Source: an uncultured Acidobacteriota bacterium (lineage in GTDB: Bacteria > Acidobacteriota > Blastocatellia > RBC074). From it: a stretch of 64,000 nucleotides of DNA. Shown here piece after piece: positions 1 to 11,962 of this stretch. How positions within the stretch are numbered: position 1 is the stretch's first letter; every line of letters begins with the position of its first letter. The stretch lies in assembly GCA_963796275.1 (NCBI GenBank), contig CAWCKY010000007.1, positions 992,001 through 1,056,000 on the forward strand, written 5' to 3'. The notes under the pieces are model-generated. The model was given only the letters and a program-made list of their open reading frames with translations, did not search any database and was not told the DNA's origin. Position numbers and translations under genes: made by a program.

Positions 1-1401
1 CGGGGCGCCATCCTGCTCCACTACCTTCCAGGTCAGAATCGCACCATTCGTAACGGTGCCGTTAGCCGGCGAGAAACCCGCATCAGCGGCCACCGGGCCC
101 GCTATCGGCGCAAGCAGCCAACGAGTACCGTCGGAAGACTGCCAGCTTGAAAGTGCGCGTGGGGCGACGTCAGCACCCTTCGGAGCCGCCGGCGACGCCG
201 GCGAATAAGCCGGCGTTTGGTAGAGTGGCGTCTTCAGATCGGCGCCATCCTCCAGGGTCGAACTATCCAGCAGATGGACACGACCATCTTTGGTGGTCGC
301 GGCGATCAGGACTCTTCCTTTATATGCGAAGATTACCGGCGTGGAGGTGAATTCATCAGAACCCGGACTGTATTTCCCCTTCACCTTGAGCGTCCCCGGT
401 TCAAGCGCTACCAGCGATACGGGCGACTCTTCACCGGCTCCCGTCGTTACGTAGATCGTTCCATCGGCGCCGAATGCGGGACCAGCTGAACCGGATACGT
501 CGGCTTTCCAGGAGGTAACCTCCTTCGTAGCGAGGTCGAGCGACCACACGCCGTTCGGTACGCCACCGCAGTTCTGGCTGGTTACGACGTAAGCGAAATT
601 ATCGATGACCGTAAGGCCATAAGCGTTGGCATTGGGCGGGAGGAATTTCACCGGCGGTTGGTAATTTGCGCCATTCGACAGATGCATTGCGTGCAGCATC
701 CCATCGCTCGACAGAGCGTAGATTAGAAAAGGTCCTGCCCCTAAAGGGTTACTACTCGGCGCCGGTGGTGTTGTGCGTGTCCGCGGGGGTGTTGGGGGCC
801 GCTGTGGTGTGGGTGGCCGTGGTGCTGGAGGTGGAACGAGTGCAAGAGTTACCGCTCCCTGACCCGCTTCACCGACGGCGCTGCGCGCAGGATTTCTACG
901 CCCGCCTTGTCCTCCACCTCCGGCAGGCATGGATAGAATAGCGGTACCGGTGGGTCGCGTTACATTGGCAGTCATACCCCCGGGACAACCCGGAGTGCCG
1001 ACTTGCGACGGGACGCCTTGCCCGCCACCCGAAGATAAAAGCTTCTGCCACTCCAACCGTCCGAGATCGCTATCTATTACAAAGATGCCATCGGCACTGC
1101 CTCCGACGAATGCCAGGGCCCGAAATCCGCGATATCCGATCAGAAGATCGAGAAGTGCAGGGGGCGTCAGCGAGTTCAACTGTTTCGAGTCGTTTTTTAG
1201 CTTGAGCTTCCAAAGAAACTTGAAACCCGGTTTCTGCATGCTCTCTCTTGAAATCTTCGCGTCCGCCCTGACCCAGGAAGAACGCTGCGCATCGCCATTG
1301 CTCGTCATCCAGTCGGTGGGACCACGTCCCTGCGCTTTTGCATCACTCGTCCCTGCAATTACACAGACGGCACAGATAATGATTTCAGTAAGTCTCCTCA
1401 T
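1..1401 (-). CDS. Secreted PQQ-like beta-propeller protein, 3' end outside the window; paralog of the next gene
   Basis: Not in the ORF track. Partial manual translation from ATG 1401 (GAAGGAG RBS upstream): MRRLTEIIICAVCVIAG...DWMTSNGDAQRSSW...FLWKLKL...CPGGMTA...PVKFLPPN, matching motifs of 1585..3201. Confidence 0.8.
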   Translation of the reverse strand, partial: MRRLTEIIICAVCVIAGTSDAKAQGRGPTDWMTSNGDAQRSSWVRADAKISRESMQKPGFKFLWKLKLKNDSKQLNSLTPPALLDLLIGYRGFRALAFVGGSADGIFVIDSDLGRLEWQKLLSSGGGQGVPSQVGTPGCPGGMTANVTRPTGTAILSMPAGGGGQGGRRNPARSAVGEAGQGAVTLALVPPPAPRPPTPQRPPTPPRTRTTPPAPSSNPLGAGPFLIYALSSDGMLHAMHLSNGANYQPPVKFLPPNANAYGLTVIDNFAYVVTSQNCGGVPNGVWSLDLATKEVTSWKADVSGSAGPAFGADGTIYVTTGAGEESPVSLVALEPGTLKVKGKYSPGSDEFTSTPVIFAYKGRVLIAATTKDGRVHLLDSSTLEDGADLKTPLYQTPAYSPASPAAPKGADVAPRALSSWQSSDGTRWLLAPIAGPVAADAGFSPANGTVTNGAILTWKVVEQDGAP

Positions 1402-1530
1402 CTCAAGGAACTCCTTCGGTATAATTTCTATCCAACGTTGTTTAATCGTTTGTTGTGATTTCACGCTCCAGCGCATCCAGGCGATTGTTGAGATCGTTCA
1501 GCGAAGACCTCGCTGCATCCAGGTCCGCCT

Positions 1531-1564
1531 AGTTTCCAGTTTAGGGTGAGCTTGACTGGAAACT
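1531..1564. terminator. Intergenic hairpin (AGTTTCCAGT...ACTGGAAACT)
   Basis: Perfect 10-bp inverted repeat between the two propeller genes. Confidence 0.45.
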
Positions 1565-1584
1565 GAGGGCTAGCATTTTAACTG

Positions 1585-3201
1585 CTACTGGGCTGAACTA
1601 TCGGCGGCGCTCTTTATGCCGAAACAATACTGCATCCCGTCGAACGTGTTGAGGTAGACCTTACCGTTTGCCATAGAGAGTCCACCCCAGTGACTCCAGG
1701 ACGCGATGTCATCGCCGCTCGACCACAGCTCCTTGCCGGTCTGGGCATCCAGCGCATACAAAATCGCGTGAGACGAGTTCTTGATGCGGTTTTCCGCGGA
1801 GTTGTAGGCGAGTCCGATGTCGAAAGCGGCCTGATCCGTGTCTTCCCCATTGCCGTAGGCAAACACGATTCCATTGGCGATCACCGGCGGCTCAGCATGA
1901 TTCATGTCGCGCGAGAGCCACGCCGGAGCCAGATTCAACTTGCCGTTCTTCTCGTCGACTTTGAAGGCGGCTATCGCACCATACTTGATCGGACCGTGTT
2001 CGATCGGGGCCTTGAACTTCGAATGCTTCGGCCCCCAGAATGGCGTCAGCACCCAGCGCGTCCCTCTCGCATCTTCCCAGGTCGCCATCGATCCCCAGAT
2101 GCCCGCCGACGCGAAGTTGACCTCCTCATTGCAGATCAGCGGCGTGCGGTGCAGAGGCGAGCGGTGGTCATCTCCTCCGATCGATTCCGTATCCATCAGA
2201 TAGACCACGCACTCCTTGCCCGCATCAACCATCAGTTCCCTACCCTTGTAATTGAATATCGCAGGCGTGACTTGCATATCCAGATCGCGCTTGAAGAGCC
2301 ACTCGGCATTGGAAGGCCCATAATAATCGACCAGTTTCGCTGCTTTCGTCTCGGAATCCTGTTTTACCCCGATGATTCCATTTCCGAAAATCCCGTTCTC
2401 GGGATCCCACCGCCCATCGCCTGTGCCTGTGTACATTACGCCCTGGCTGCTGATCGCGGGGCCTGTCCGTCCCCACATCCCCCCGCCCGCCGGTCCCCAG
2501 GAACCGACCTTATCCGTGGCCAGATCGTAGATGTAGACCATGTTCGGATTCCCGCCGCAGCCCTGCGCGGTGTGCGTATAGATCACGTTGTTGAGCAGAT
2601 TCAGCGCGTATGGCTTCCCATTCGGCGGCATGAATTTCGCGGGCGGCGCGATCTCTTCTCCGTCGGCGATGTTCAACCGTCGCAAGGTCCCGTCCCATGC
2701 GGCAGCGTAGATCGTATATTTGCCCGGTGTGCCCGCAGGGCCAATTACAGGCGTCGCGGTGATGCCGCCTGGACACAGCACATACGGAGCCCTGCCGCCA
2801 ACCGGTGGAGTCCAGGTACTCTCGAAATGCTTTTTCCAGAGAAGCTGGCCGGTATCGGCATCTATCGCGTAAATGTTGTCCGAGACGCCCGTCACGATGG
2901 CGATCTGTTTCGGGCCATCTTTGGTTTCGACGCGGCCGGCAATGAGCACCGGCAACAAGTTGTGCATTTGTCGAGGCTCGTTGTCCAGCTTGAGCTTCCA
3001 TAGCAACTTCATGCTTTTGACATTGGCTGTGGTCAGGATCTTTTCCTCCTTTTGCCAGGCGGTCCGCTGCGTGTCTCCGCCGTCGGTGAGCCAATCAGCG
3101 ATTTTTCCGCCTTGCGCCAGATGAGGTTGGTTCCAGACCGCTATGCATCCTAGTAACAACAGCAACAGTCCGATGACTTTAGCTGATATTCGATAGTTCA
3201 C
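1585..3201 (-). CDS. Secreted PQQ-binding-like beta-propeller repeat protein
   Basis: 538 aa with signal peptide; [13 protein letters not shown]-terminal motif; [13 protein letters not shown] and [13 protein letters not shown] propeller repeats. Confidence 0.85.
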   Translation of the reverse strand: MNYRISAKVIGLLLLLLGCIAVWNQPHLAQGGKIADWLTDGGDTQRTAWQKEEKILTTANVKSMKLLWKLKLDNEPRQMHNLLPVLIAGRVETKDGPKQIAIVTGVSDNIYAIDADTGQLLWKKHFESTWTPPVGGRAPYVLCPGGITATPVIGPAGTPGKYTIYAAAWDGTLRRLNIADGEEIAPPAKFMPPNGKPYALNLLNNVIYTHTAQGCGGNPNMVYIYDLATDKVGSWGPAGGGMWGRTGPAISSQGVMYTGTGDGRWDPENGIFGNGIIGVKQDSETKAAKLVDYYGPSNAEWLFKRDLDMQVTPAIFNYKGRELMVDAGKECVVYLMDTESIGGDDHRSPLHRTPLICNEEVNFASAGIWGSMATWEDARGTRWVLTPFWGPKHSKFKAPIEHGPIKYGAIAAFKVDEKNGKLNLAPAWLSRDMNHAEPPVIANGIVFAYGNGEDTDQAAFDIGLAYNSAENRIKNSSHAILYALDAQTGKELWSSGDDIASWSHWGGLSMANGKVYLNTFDGMQYCFGIKSAADSSAQ

Positions 3202-3418
3202 TTGGGGACTCCCTTCAGATTACACGGAGGCACTCGCTTTTACGCCGGTCAACGTGTCCAGAGTTACAGCAATTGAAGCTATATTTTAAATTGAGTACCT
3301 ATTTGTTTCTTGTGCTGGCGTGAATTTATCCACCCATCGGTATGAAGTCAATGGGAAGAAAGGCAAATGACGAAGAGAAAGCACGCCTCGGAATTCAACA
3401 AAAAATTCCCGAAGAACA

Positions 3419-3442
3419 ATAATGCCCGTTTTCCGGCATTAT
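3419..3442 (-). terminator. Hairpin downstream of the vWA gene
   Basis: ATAATGCC...GGCATTAT inverted repeat just past the stop at 3462. Confidence 0.5.
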
Positions 3443-3461
3443 GCGGTTAGTATTTTCTTGA

Positions 3462-4895
3462 TTACTCGTCTCGATTGCGCAATTTACTGTTTTTATTTTC
3501 GTAGATGCGCGTCTCTTCGAATCCCTGCCTGGGCTTTGAGCCGCTACCGGCTCTTCCCGCTTCGCGCGATTCTCCCGACGCTGCTGGTGAAAATCGCGAC
3601 TTTTGATTGCTGCGCGATGGCGGCAGCTTTATCCCTTTTCGATTGGGAATCTGTGGCAACGGCGTCACCGGCCAGACTATTTTCGGGATGCCCCACCAAA
3701 GCCCTGCCAGTATCGCAAGCGCTATAGCAAACCGGGCCATCAGCCACAACAACTCTTTCCATTGCGCGCTTGGCGGCTGTGGGGCATCCGCGCGTTCCGT
3801 CACCAGCCTCATCTCCTCTCTCGCCATGGGCTTGTCCGGGGCGCAACCGGCCGCGGCGCGGCAATTCCAGGGAATGATGCCTTGCAGGAGTTTCCCGTCG
3901 AGCGTCTCGATCTGGACCTTGAAATTGAGCGATTTCAGCTCGCGATAGTCGCGGCGCCGGGTGAAGAACATGATGCCAATCTGTTCGGTCAGCGACTGCT
4001 TCGCTCCCGCCAGAAATTTGACCAGCGACTGAGTATCATCGGTACTCGAATACTGCTCTTTGTTCTCTCGCGGAAAGACCATTTCCCTCAGCGCGCTGGC
4101 GTCTATCCCGTCGCCTACGCCGATAGTGAATGTCTGAATGTTGGTCTCGTTGAGTTTCTCGATGACGTCATCCAGCTCATCTTTCCTCTGCAACACTTCG
4201 GGGTCATCTCCCGGTTTGACTTCATTCTTCCCATCGGTCAGAACGACGAGCATGTATTGCCGATCCGTATTTTTCAGCCTTTGCAGCCGGTTCAGCGCGA
4301 AAATGGTTGCGCTGTAGAGCGCCGTATTTCCGTCGCGCCGAGCCTGGAGCCGGTCGATCTGAGCCTCCACCTCTTCGCGCGTCTCCGCGAAAGTCGCGCC
4401 ATCGATCTTCGCTTTAACATCGTGGCTTTCGAACGGAGCGATAGCGATTCGGTCGCCGGGACGGAACCTGTCAACCAGAACGCGCGCGGCCTCCTTTGCC
4501 GCATCGAGACGGGTTCGTCCTCCCAGGTTGTTGGAAATCATGCTGCCGCTGAGATCGAACACCATCATTACATCCAGCTTGCCCTCAGTCGCACGGTTTG
4601 AAACTTTGAACGGAATGAAGTCTCTGCCTTCGCGGATGAAAAGCGAGCTGGCTTCGCGAACTTTGATCCTTTGCTGAAGCTCCGCGGCACTGCCGGGCAG
4701 TCTGATCTGGTCGGCGTTCGCAAACTTGAGTTCCGCGTGAAAGTACGGCCGTGGATCGTTCTCATCCTGCACGAGCAGTTCGACCCTTTCAGCCGGTCGA
4801 ATGTCCTGCGCTTTTTCGGTTCGACACCCAAAAGAACAGAGGGCGATGAGGCAAATGTGGAAGATCAGCAATTTTCTCGTATATTTGTCAAACAT
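3462..4895 (-). CDS. vWA domain protein with signal/lipoprotein peptide and C-terminal TM anchor
   Basis: MIDAS DLSGS, NTALY and LTDG motifs; hydrophobic N-terminus ending SFGC; TM LLWLMARFAIALAILAGLWW; start overlaps the upstream stop at 4895. Confidence 0.85.
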   Translation of the reverse strand: MFDKYTRKLLIFHICLIALCSFGCRTEKAQDIRPAERVELLVQDENDPRPYFHAELKFANADQIRLPGSAAELQQRIKVREASSLFIREGRDFIPFKVSNRATEGKLDVMMVFDLSGSMISNNLGGRTRLDAAKEAARVLVDRFRPGDRIAIAPFESHDVKAKIDGATFAETREEVEAQIDRLQARRDGNTALYSATIFALNRLQRLKNTDRQYMLVVLTDGKNEVKPGDDPEVLQRKDELDDVIEKLNETNIQTFTIGVGDGIDASALREMVFPRENKEQYSSTDDTQSLVKFLAGAKQSLTEQIGIMFFTRRRDYRELKSLNFKVQIETLDGKLLQGIIPWNCRAAAGCAPDKPMAREEMRLVTERADAPQPPSAQWKELLWLMARFAIALAILAGLWWGIPKIVWPVTPLPQIPNRKGIKLPPSRSNQKSRFSPAASGESREAGRAGSGSKPRQGFEETRIYENKNSKLRNRDE

Positions 4896-6166
4896 CAGGG
4901 TCTGCCTCCTTTCCCACCGGAGAACATTATTGATGGGTGCGGTTCAATGTAGAAACGGCGGTCTCTCGATATAAGTATGGCGTGCCGTTGCTCGACCAGG
5001 CTGTCGGGGATGTATATCTGGAGTTCGGGAGAGAGCATCGTCGTCGATTGGCTGGCGCTCAACCGGCCGATCACATATTTCTCACCACTATGTATCTCCC
5101 ATTGTTTGTGGCTTTGCTTGTACCTCTTCTGCGTCGCCGGGTCGCTACTGTTGATGAACTCTAGCACTCCCTGACGGGTGAGTATCGGCGCGAGGCTGAT
5201 GAAGGTCGTAATGCCGAGTCCGGCCAGCGCCATCCCAATCGCCTGTGAATTGCTGCCGCCGATGAGATTTGCCAGCATGAGGTAGGCCAGGCCGCCCGTC
5301 ACCCCGCCGGCCATCCCGCCCAGCAAACCATTGAAGACGCGCGAGCGGTTGACCTGCCACCAGCGCAGGCTGATGCCGAATCCGATGAGCGCACCCGTGA
5401 TCAACCAGGAGAGCACATCGGCGATGAACTGGGCGTCGAGCATCGCTTCCCTGATGAACCGTGCGATCCACCCACCGGCCGCACCCGCAACGGCGCCTCC
5501 AACCGCGCCGATCAAGATCCAGAGAGGAACGATTGCGTCTCCGAGCCGACGATCATTGATGCCGACACTCAATCCGCCGATCAAGGCCCCGAGCAGAGTG
5601 AAGGCGATCATATCGTAGTATTCCACATCTACGGCGAGCGGTATCTGTATCAGCGACCAGATGAACCAGCAGATGACTCCGGCCAGCGCGCCGATCAGCG
5701 CCATCTCCCATATCGTTTGCTGAAAGCTGCGCCCCTGCTGTACGCGCTCGATGAAGGTCTTGCTCTGGTCGACCCGGCGCTGCTGATTTTTGATATTGAA
5801 GCGCAGCGTTGTCCGGCCGACGAGGATGTCATCGCCGCTGCGCAACTCAGTTCTCTCGGTTACCTCGTAGAGCTCGCCATCGCGGTTCAATTCGAGCGAT
5901 GGACGTTTGATCGACACCCGAATGACATCATTCGGTCTGACGCCTTGTTCGGGCAAGGTCCGCGAGCCGTTCAGCTCTTTCCCCTCCCACCGGCAGGCGG
6001 GATTTCCCAATCCTTCGCGCCACCCCCTCAGAACAAAGCCATCCCGCTCCTCGAACTCCGCCAGGATATCTCCCAATAGATCATCCAAAACTTCGTTCTC
6101 ATCGATCGTGACCGTGCGATGAATTTCGCCTTCCTGGGTATCGAAATAAATCTGGTATTTTGGCAT
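4895..6166 (-). CDS. YukD/EsaB-like ubiquitin-fold + six Gly-rich TM helices + split FHA-like domain
   Basis: N-terminal ...GKELNGSRTLPEQGVRPNDVIRV (Ubl-like); ELRSGDDILVGRTTLRF (FHA C-terminal strands); six hydrophobic GxxxG-rich segments; YVIGR...DSLVEQRHAIL...FYIE (FHA N-terminal strands). Confidence 0.7.
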   Translation of the reverse strand: MPKYQIYFDTQEGEIHRTVTIDENEVLDDLLGDILAEFEERDGFVLRGWREGLGNPACRWEGKELNGSRTLPEQGVRPNDVIRVSIKRPSLELNRDGELYEVTERTELRSGDDILVGRTTLRFNIKNQQRRVDQSKTFIERVQQGRSFQQTIWEMALIGALAGVICWFIWSLIQIPLAVDVEYYDMIAFTLLGALIGGLSVGINDRRLGDAIVPLWILIGAVGGAVAGAAGGWIARFIREAMLDAQFIADVLSWLITGALIGFGISLRWWQVNRSRVFNGLLGGMAGGVTGGLAYLMLANLIGGSNSQAIGMALAGLGITTFISLAPILTRQGVLEFINSSDPATQKRYKQSHKQWEIHSGEKYVIGRLSASQSTTMLSPELQIYIPDSLVEQRHAILISRDRRFYIEPHPSIMFSGGKGGRP

Positions 6167-6264
6167 TTTGAGAATTGGTTGATAGTTGAGACTTGATAAT
6201 AAATAGTAAAAAATCGGTCGTTAGGGCAGCCTCTTACCTTCAATTGCCAACTATCAACTATCAA

Positions 6265-7023
6265 TTACCCTTCTTCCAATATCCGGGCTTGAGACAAGTG
6301 ATAAATTTCCAAAGGTTGAGGCAAGTGAGGGATCACCCAGGCACAACCGATACAACGGCCGTTCTCCATGTCCCAGCAATGAGTGCACATAGCGCGCGGG
6401 CAGTTTCCGCATTTCCGCAGATCCCTCTCGTCAGCTTCGCGGCGGCAGCGAACGCAGCGGCCGACCGATTGCCGACTGCCCAATCGCTGCTCCCACCAAT
6501 CATCTTCTTCGATCGAGAGCAGAGGCATTCGGGTGCTTACGCAGCCGGCGCAACGAAATGAATCATCATTCCAGCAATTCAGGCAAACCGAATTGCCGCA
6601 GCGCGGGCAGTCTTGCTGCGATGAACTCCTCAGTATCCTTCGGCAGAGCTGACAGCGCGACGCGCGACTGCGCAAACGCCAGAGAATCACGGCGCCGCCG
6701 ACAGCCACCCCCAACACGACGGACCAGGTCTCTATCATTCCCGAGTCACCCGCGCTGATCGGCACTGAGTTGCCCGACAGCCGCATATATCTGCTCAGGA
6801 TGCCCCCTGTCGCGATCCCGATTCCCGCGGCGCAAACAGGAAGATAGAGGTCCAGCGACGAGTAGCCCGTAGTGCCGCGCAGCCCCCACAACCCATACGC
6901 CAGCAATCCCATCAAACCTCCGCACACAAGGATCGCCCCACCGTTCGTCGTCAATCCGACTACGAACTGGATCACTCCGATAACTAATGACGCGATGATT
7001 GTGAGTAGAATCCGCGATCCCAT
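6265..7023 (-). CDS. Membrane protein (about 4 TM) with two Cys8 zinc-finger repeats
   Basis: Two copies of C-x2-C-x11-C-x2-C-x4-C-x2-CW-x6-C-x2-C after the hydrophobic N-terminal half. Confidence 0.75.
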   Translation of the reverse strand: MGSRILLTIIASLVIGVIQFVVGLTTNGGAILVCGGLMGLLAYGLWGLRGTTGYSSLDLYLPVCAAGIGIATGGILSRYMRLSGNSVPISAGDSGMIETWSVVLGVAVGGAVILWRLRSRASRCQLCRRILRSSSQQDCPRCGNSVCLNCWNDDSFRCAGCVSTRMPLLSIEEDDWWEQRLGSRQSVGRCVRCRREADERDLRKCGNCPRAMCTHCWDMENGRCIGCAWVIPHLPQPLEIYHLSQARILEEG

Positions 7024-7164
7024 ACTGAGAATTTAACGCAAAGACAAGGCTTGAGGGAAGAGGCCCGGAGTCCGGGTCTGTGTTCTCGCGCGGGTCTTAT
7101 TTAATCGCAGAAGGTCAGAAACAGTCGTGGATCAAGAACACAGATTCCGGAATCCGGCATTTTC

Positions 7165-8442
<1,278 letters not shown>

Positions 8443-8540
8443 TTATTTACCTCGTTGTTGGATGGTTGCCGGTAATCGGGAGCCGGTGACCCTTTGCCGG
8501 TAACTATCTCGGTATGCCAGCCGTATACCGGCTACCGACT

Positions 8541-9692
8541 TTAACTCAATCCTGCTTCCTGGCGCAGACGCTCGGCACGATTGGTTTGCTCCCAGGTGAA
8601 CCCTTCTTCATTGCGTCCGAAATGCCCGAAGGCGGCGGTACGCCTGTAGATCGGGCGGCGCAGATCGAGCGATTCGATGATTCCCTTAGGCGTGAGTTGA
8701 AAATTGGCGCGGATCAGATCCGAGAGCTTCTCTTCGTCGATCTTCGATGTTCCGCCGCAATCGACGTAAACGGAGACCGGCTCGGCGATCCCGATGGCAT
8801 AGGCAAGCTGCACCTGACAAAGATCGGCGATGCCGGCAGCCACGACGTTTTTGGCGATGTATCGCGCCATATAGCACGCCGAACGGTCCACTTTCGTCGG
8901 ATCTTTACCGGAGAACGCGCCGCCTCCGTGGGGAGCCGCTCCGCCGTACGTATCGACTATGATCTTGCGCCCGGTCAAACCCGTGTCGCCTTGCGGTCCG
9001 CCCACCACGAAACGCCCGGTCGGATTGACATAGAATTTGGTGTTCTCCAGAAATTGAGCGGGGACCGTCGGCTTGATGACGAGGTCGATGATATCTTCAC
9101 GAATTTGATCGGCGCCGACCTCCGGACCATGCTGGGTCGAGATGACAACTGCATCGACTCGCACCGGTTTCCCATTCTCGTATTCGACGGTCACCTGTGA
9201 TTTCCCGTCGGGTCGAAGATAGGTCAGCTTCTGATCGCGCCGTACTCTGCTCAGCCGGTGAACGAGTTGATGCGCGAGCTGTATCGGCAGCGGCATCAAC
9301 TCAGGCGTCTCATTACAGGCGTAGCCGAACATGAGGCCCTGGTCACCCGCTCCTCCCGTATCGACGCCCATGGCGATATCAGGTGATTGCGTGTTGATCG
9401 CGGATATTACCGAGCAGGTCTCCGCATCGAACCCGAATTTAGCCCTCGTGTATCCGATCTCCTTCACCGTTTCGCGAGCGACTCGTGAATAGTCGATCTG
9501 CGCTTTGGTCGTGATCTCTCCGCCGACGATGATGAGGCCGGTCATTGCCATCGTTTCGCAGGCAACCCTTCCCGTCGGGTCTTGCCGCATTACCTCGTCG
9601 AGAATCGCATCTGAAACCTGATCGCATATCTTATCCGGATGTCCTTCCGTCACGGATTCAGAGGTGAACAGGAACTTACCATGTTGTTTCAC
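8541..9692 (-). CDS. metK: S-adenosylmethionine synthetase
   Basis: [19 protein letters not shown] and [16 protein letters not shown] motifs. Confidence 0.98.
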   Translation of the reverse strand: MKQHGKFLFTSESVTEGHPDKICDQVSDAILDEVMRQDPTGRVACETMAMTGLIIVGGEITTKAQIDYSRVARETVKEIGYTRAKFGFDAETCSVISAINTQSPDIAMGVDTGGAGDQGLMFGYACNETPELMPLPIQLAHQLVHRLSRVRRDQKLTYLRPDGKSQVTVEYENGKPVRVDAVVISTQHGPEVGADQIREDIIDLVIKPTVPAQFLENTKFYVNPTGRFVVGGPQGDTGLTGRKIIVDTYGGAAPHGGGAFSGKDPTKVDRSACYMARYIAKNVVAAGIADLCQVQLAYAIGIAEPVSVYVDCGGTSKIDEEKLSDLIRANFQLTPKGIIESLDLRRPIYRRTAAFGHFGRNEEGFTWEQTNRAERLRQEAGLS

Positions 9693-9933
9693 TTAGCCCT
9701 CCTTGGCTCATATGATTGCACGTAGATGATAGGCATCAAAGCGGGAAAGAATGTCATCACTTTATACCAGAGTCAAGCAAAGTAAGATTTGAATTTCGTC
9801 AGAATTCTCACATACAGGGCTCTGATAATAAACGCGGCGGCGCAGTGAAACCGATTTTATAGATTACACCTTGGTTTTGCCGACTCGCACGTTTATTATT
9901 TGGCCGCGTTATCATCACTGTACGGAGGAAGAA

Positions 9934-11884
9934 ATGTCGCAACCTGACATCAATTCATTACTCAGAGAAGAACGCGCCTTCGCGCCACCAGCTTCATTCT
10001 CCGCCGCCGCTCATATCAAGAGCCGCGCGGATTACGATCGAGTTTACCAACGTTCCATAGAAGATACCGGATGGATTTTGGTCTGAGATAGCGAGTGATC
10101 TGCACTGGTTCAAAAAATGGGACAAAGTATTGGAATGGAATGAACCGTTTTCCAAATGGTTCACGGGCGGACGAATCAACATCTCGTACAATTGCCTGGA
10201 CCGCCATCTCTCGAGCTGGCGCAAGAACAAAGCTGCCATCATCTGGGAAGGGGAGCCCGGTGATACGCGGACGCTGACCTATCAACAGCTGCATAGCGAG
10301 GTCTGCCGGTTCGCAAATGTGCTCAAATCGCTTGGAATACAGCAGGGTGACCGTGTTGCGATCTATATGCCGATGATACCGGAATTGCCGGTCGCGATGC
10401 TGGCCTGCGCGCGCATAGGTGCGGCTCACTCGGTGATTTTCGGGGGATTTTCCGCGGAAGCGCTGAAAGACAGGATTAATGACGCACAGGCCAAGGCCGT
10501 CGTCACGGCGGATGGAGGGTTTCGTCGCGGCGGGGTAGTGCAACTGAAACCGGCCGTCGACGAAGCGCTCAATTCCTGCCCGAGCGTGACTCAGGTCGTC
10601 GTAGTGCAGCGTTGTAAAAACGAGATAGCGATGAAGGAGGGACGCGACCACTGGTATCACAAGTTGATGGAGAACGCTTCGGATAAATGCGATGCCGAAC
10701 CGTTGGATTCCGAACATCTGCTCTATACCCTCTATACCTCGGGGACGACCGGTAAACCCAAAGGGATCGTCCACACCACTGGCGGTTACTCAGTTCAGAC
10801 TTACATTACCACGAAGTGGGTCTTCGATCTGCACGACGACGACACGTACTGGTGCACGGCGGACATCGGCTGGGTTACCGGCCACAGCTACATTGTTTAC
10901 GGACCACTGCAGAACGGCGCGACGACGGTTATGTACGAAGGGGCTCCAAACAGCCCCGACTTCGGCCGCTTCTGGTCGATCGTCGAACGCCATAAGGTCA
11001 ATATCTTATACACGGCTCCGACAGCAATCCGCACATTCGTTAAGTGGGGCGAGGAGTGGCCGCTGAAATACGATCTTTCTTCACTGCGATTGCTCGGCAC
11101 CGTGGGAGAACCGATCAATCCGGAGGCGTGGATCTGGTACCACAGGGTGATCGGGAAAGAGCGCTGCCCGATAGTCGATACGTGGTGGCAGACCGAGACC
11201 GGCGCAATTATGATCGCACCGATTCCGGGCGCGGTCACGACCAAACCCGGATCTGCGACATTTCCCTTCCCCGGCATAGTCCCCGATATTCAGACGAGAG
11301 ACGGAAAGTCTGTCGGACCTAATCAGGGCGGTTATCTGGTGATCACCAGACCCTGGCCGGGAATGCTGAGAACGATCTACGGCGACCCGGAGCGCTATAA
11401 AAAACAGTACTGGACCGACATTCCCGGGCGCTATTTCACGGGGGACGGCGCACGGCGCGATGAGGAAGGATATTACTGGCTGATGGGCCGCGTCGACGAT
11501 GTCATCAATGTGAGCGGTCACCGGCTAGGAACGATGGAGATCGAAAGCGCACTCGTATCGCACCCGATGGTAGCTGAAGCGGCCGTCGTGGGGCGTCCCG
11601 ATGAGCTCAAAGGTCAGGCCGTTTCGGCATTCGTGACCCTCGAGTCGGGCCATAATCCCACCGCCGAGTTAAAAGATGAGTTGCGGCGGCATGTGCAGAA
11701 GGAGATAGGCGCGATGGCTAAACCGGATGATATCCGCTTCACGGACGCGCTGCCGAAGACGCGTTCCGGGAAGATCATGCGCCGTCTCCTGCGTGACATA
11801 GCTTCCGGCGCGCAAACCGTGGGCGACACGACGACTCTGGAAGACTATACGGTGCTCGCCAAACTACGTGATGAAGAGGAGTAA
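9934..11884 (+). CDS. acs: Acetyl-CoA synthetase with a +1 frameshift at about 10066 (likely sequencing error)
   Basis: [16 protein letters not shown]...RSIED joins [18 protein letters not shown] once one A is removed; [20 protein letters not shown] and [12 protein letters not shown] motifs. Confidence 0.95.
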
Positions 11885-11962
11885 TCCGAGAAGCGAAAGG
11901 CGGAAGGTGGCAAACAATATTTGCTGCTTTCTCCTTTTGCTTCCTTATCGAAAGAAAATCCT

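Noticed and set aside
147-1549. Plus-strand ORFs at the window start
   Set aside because: They are shadows of the minus-strand propeller gene 1..1401.
9693-9933. SAM or SAH riboswitch upstream of metK-ahcY
   Set aside because: No SAM-I/II or SAH consensus was recognisable by eye; an Rfam scan would be needed.
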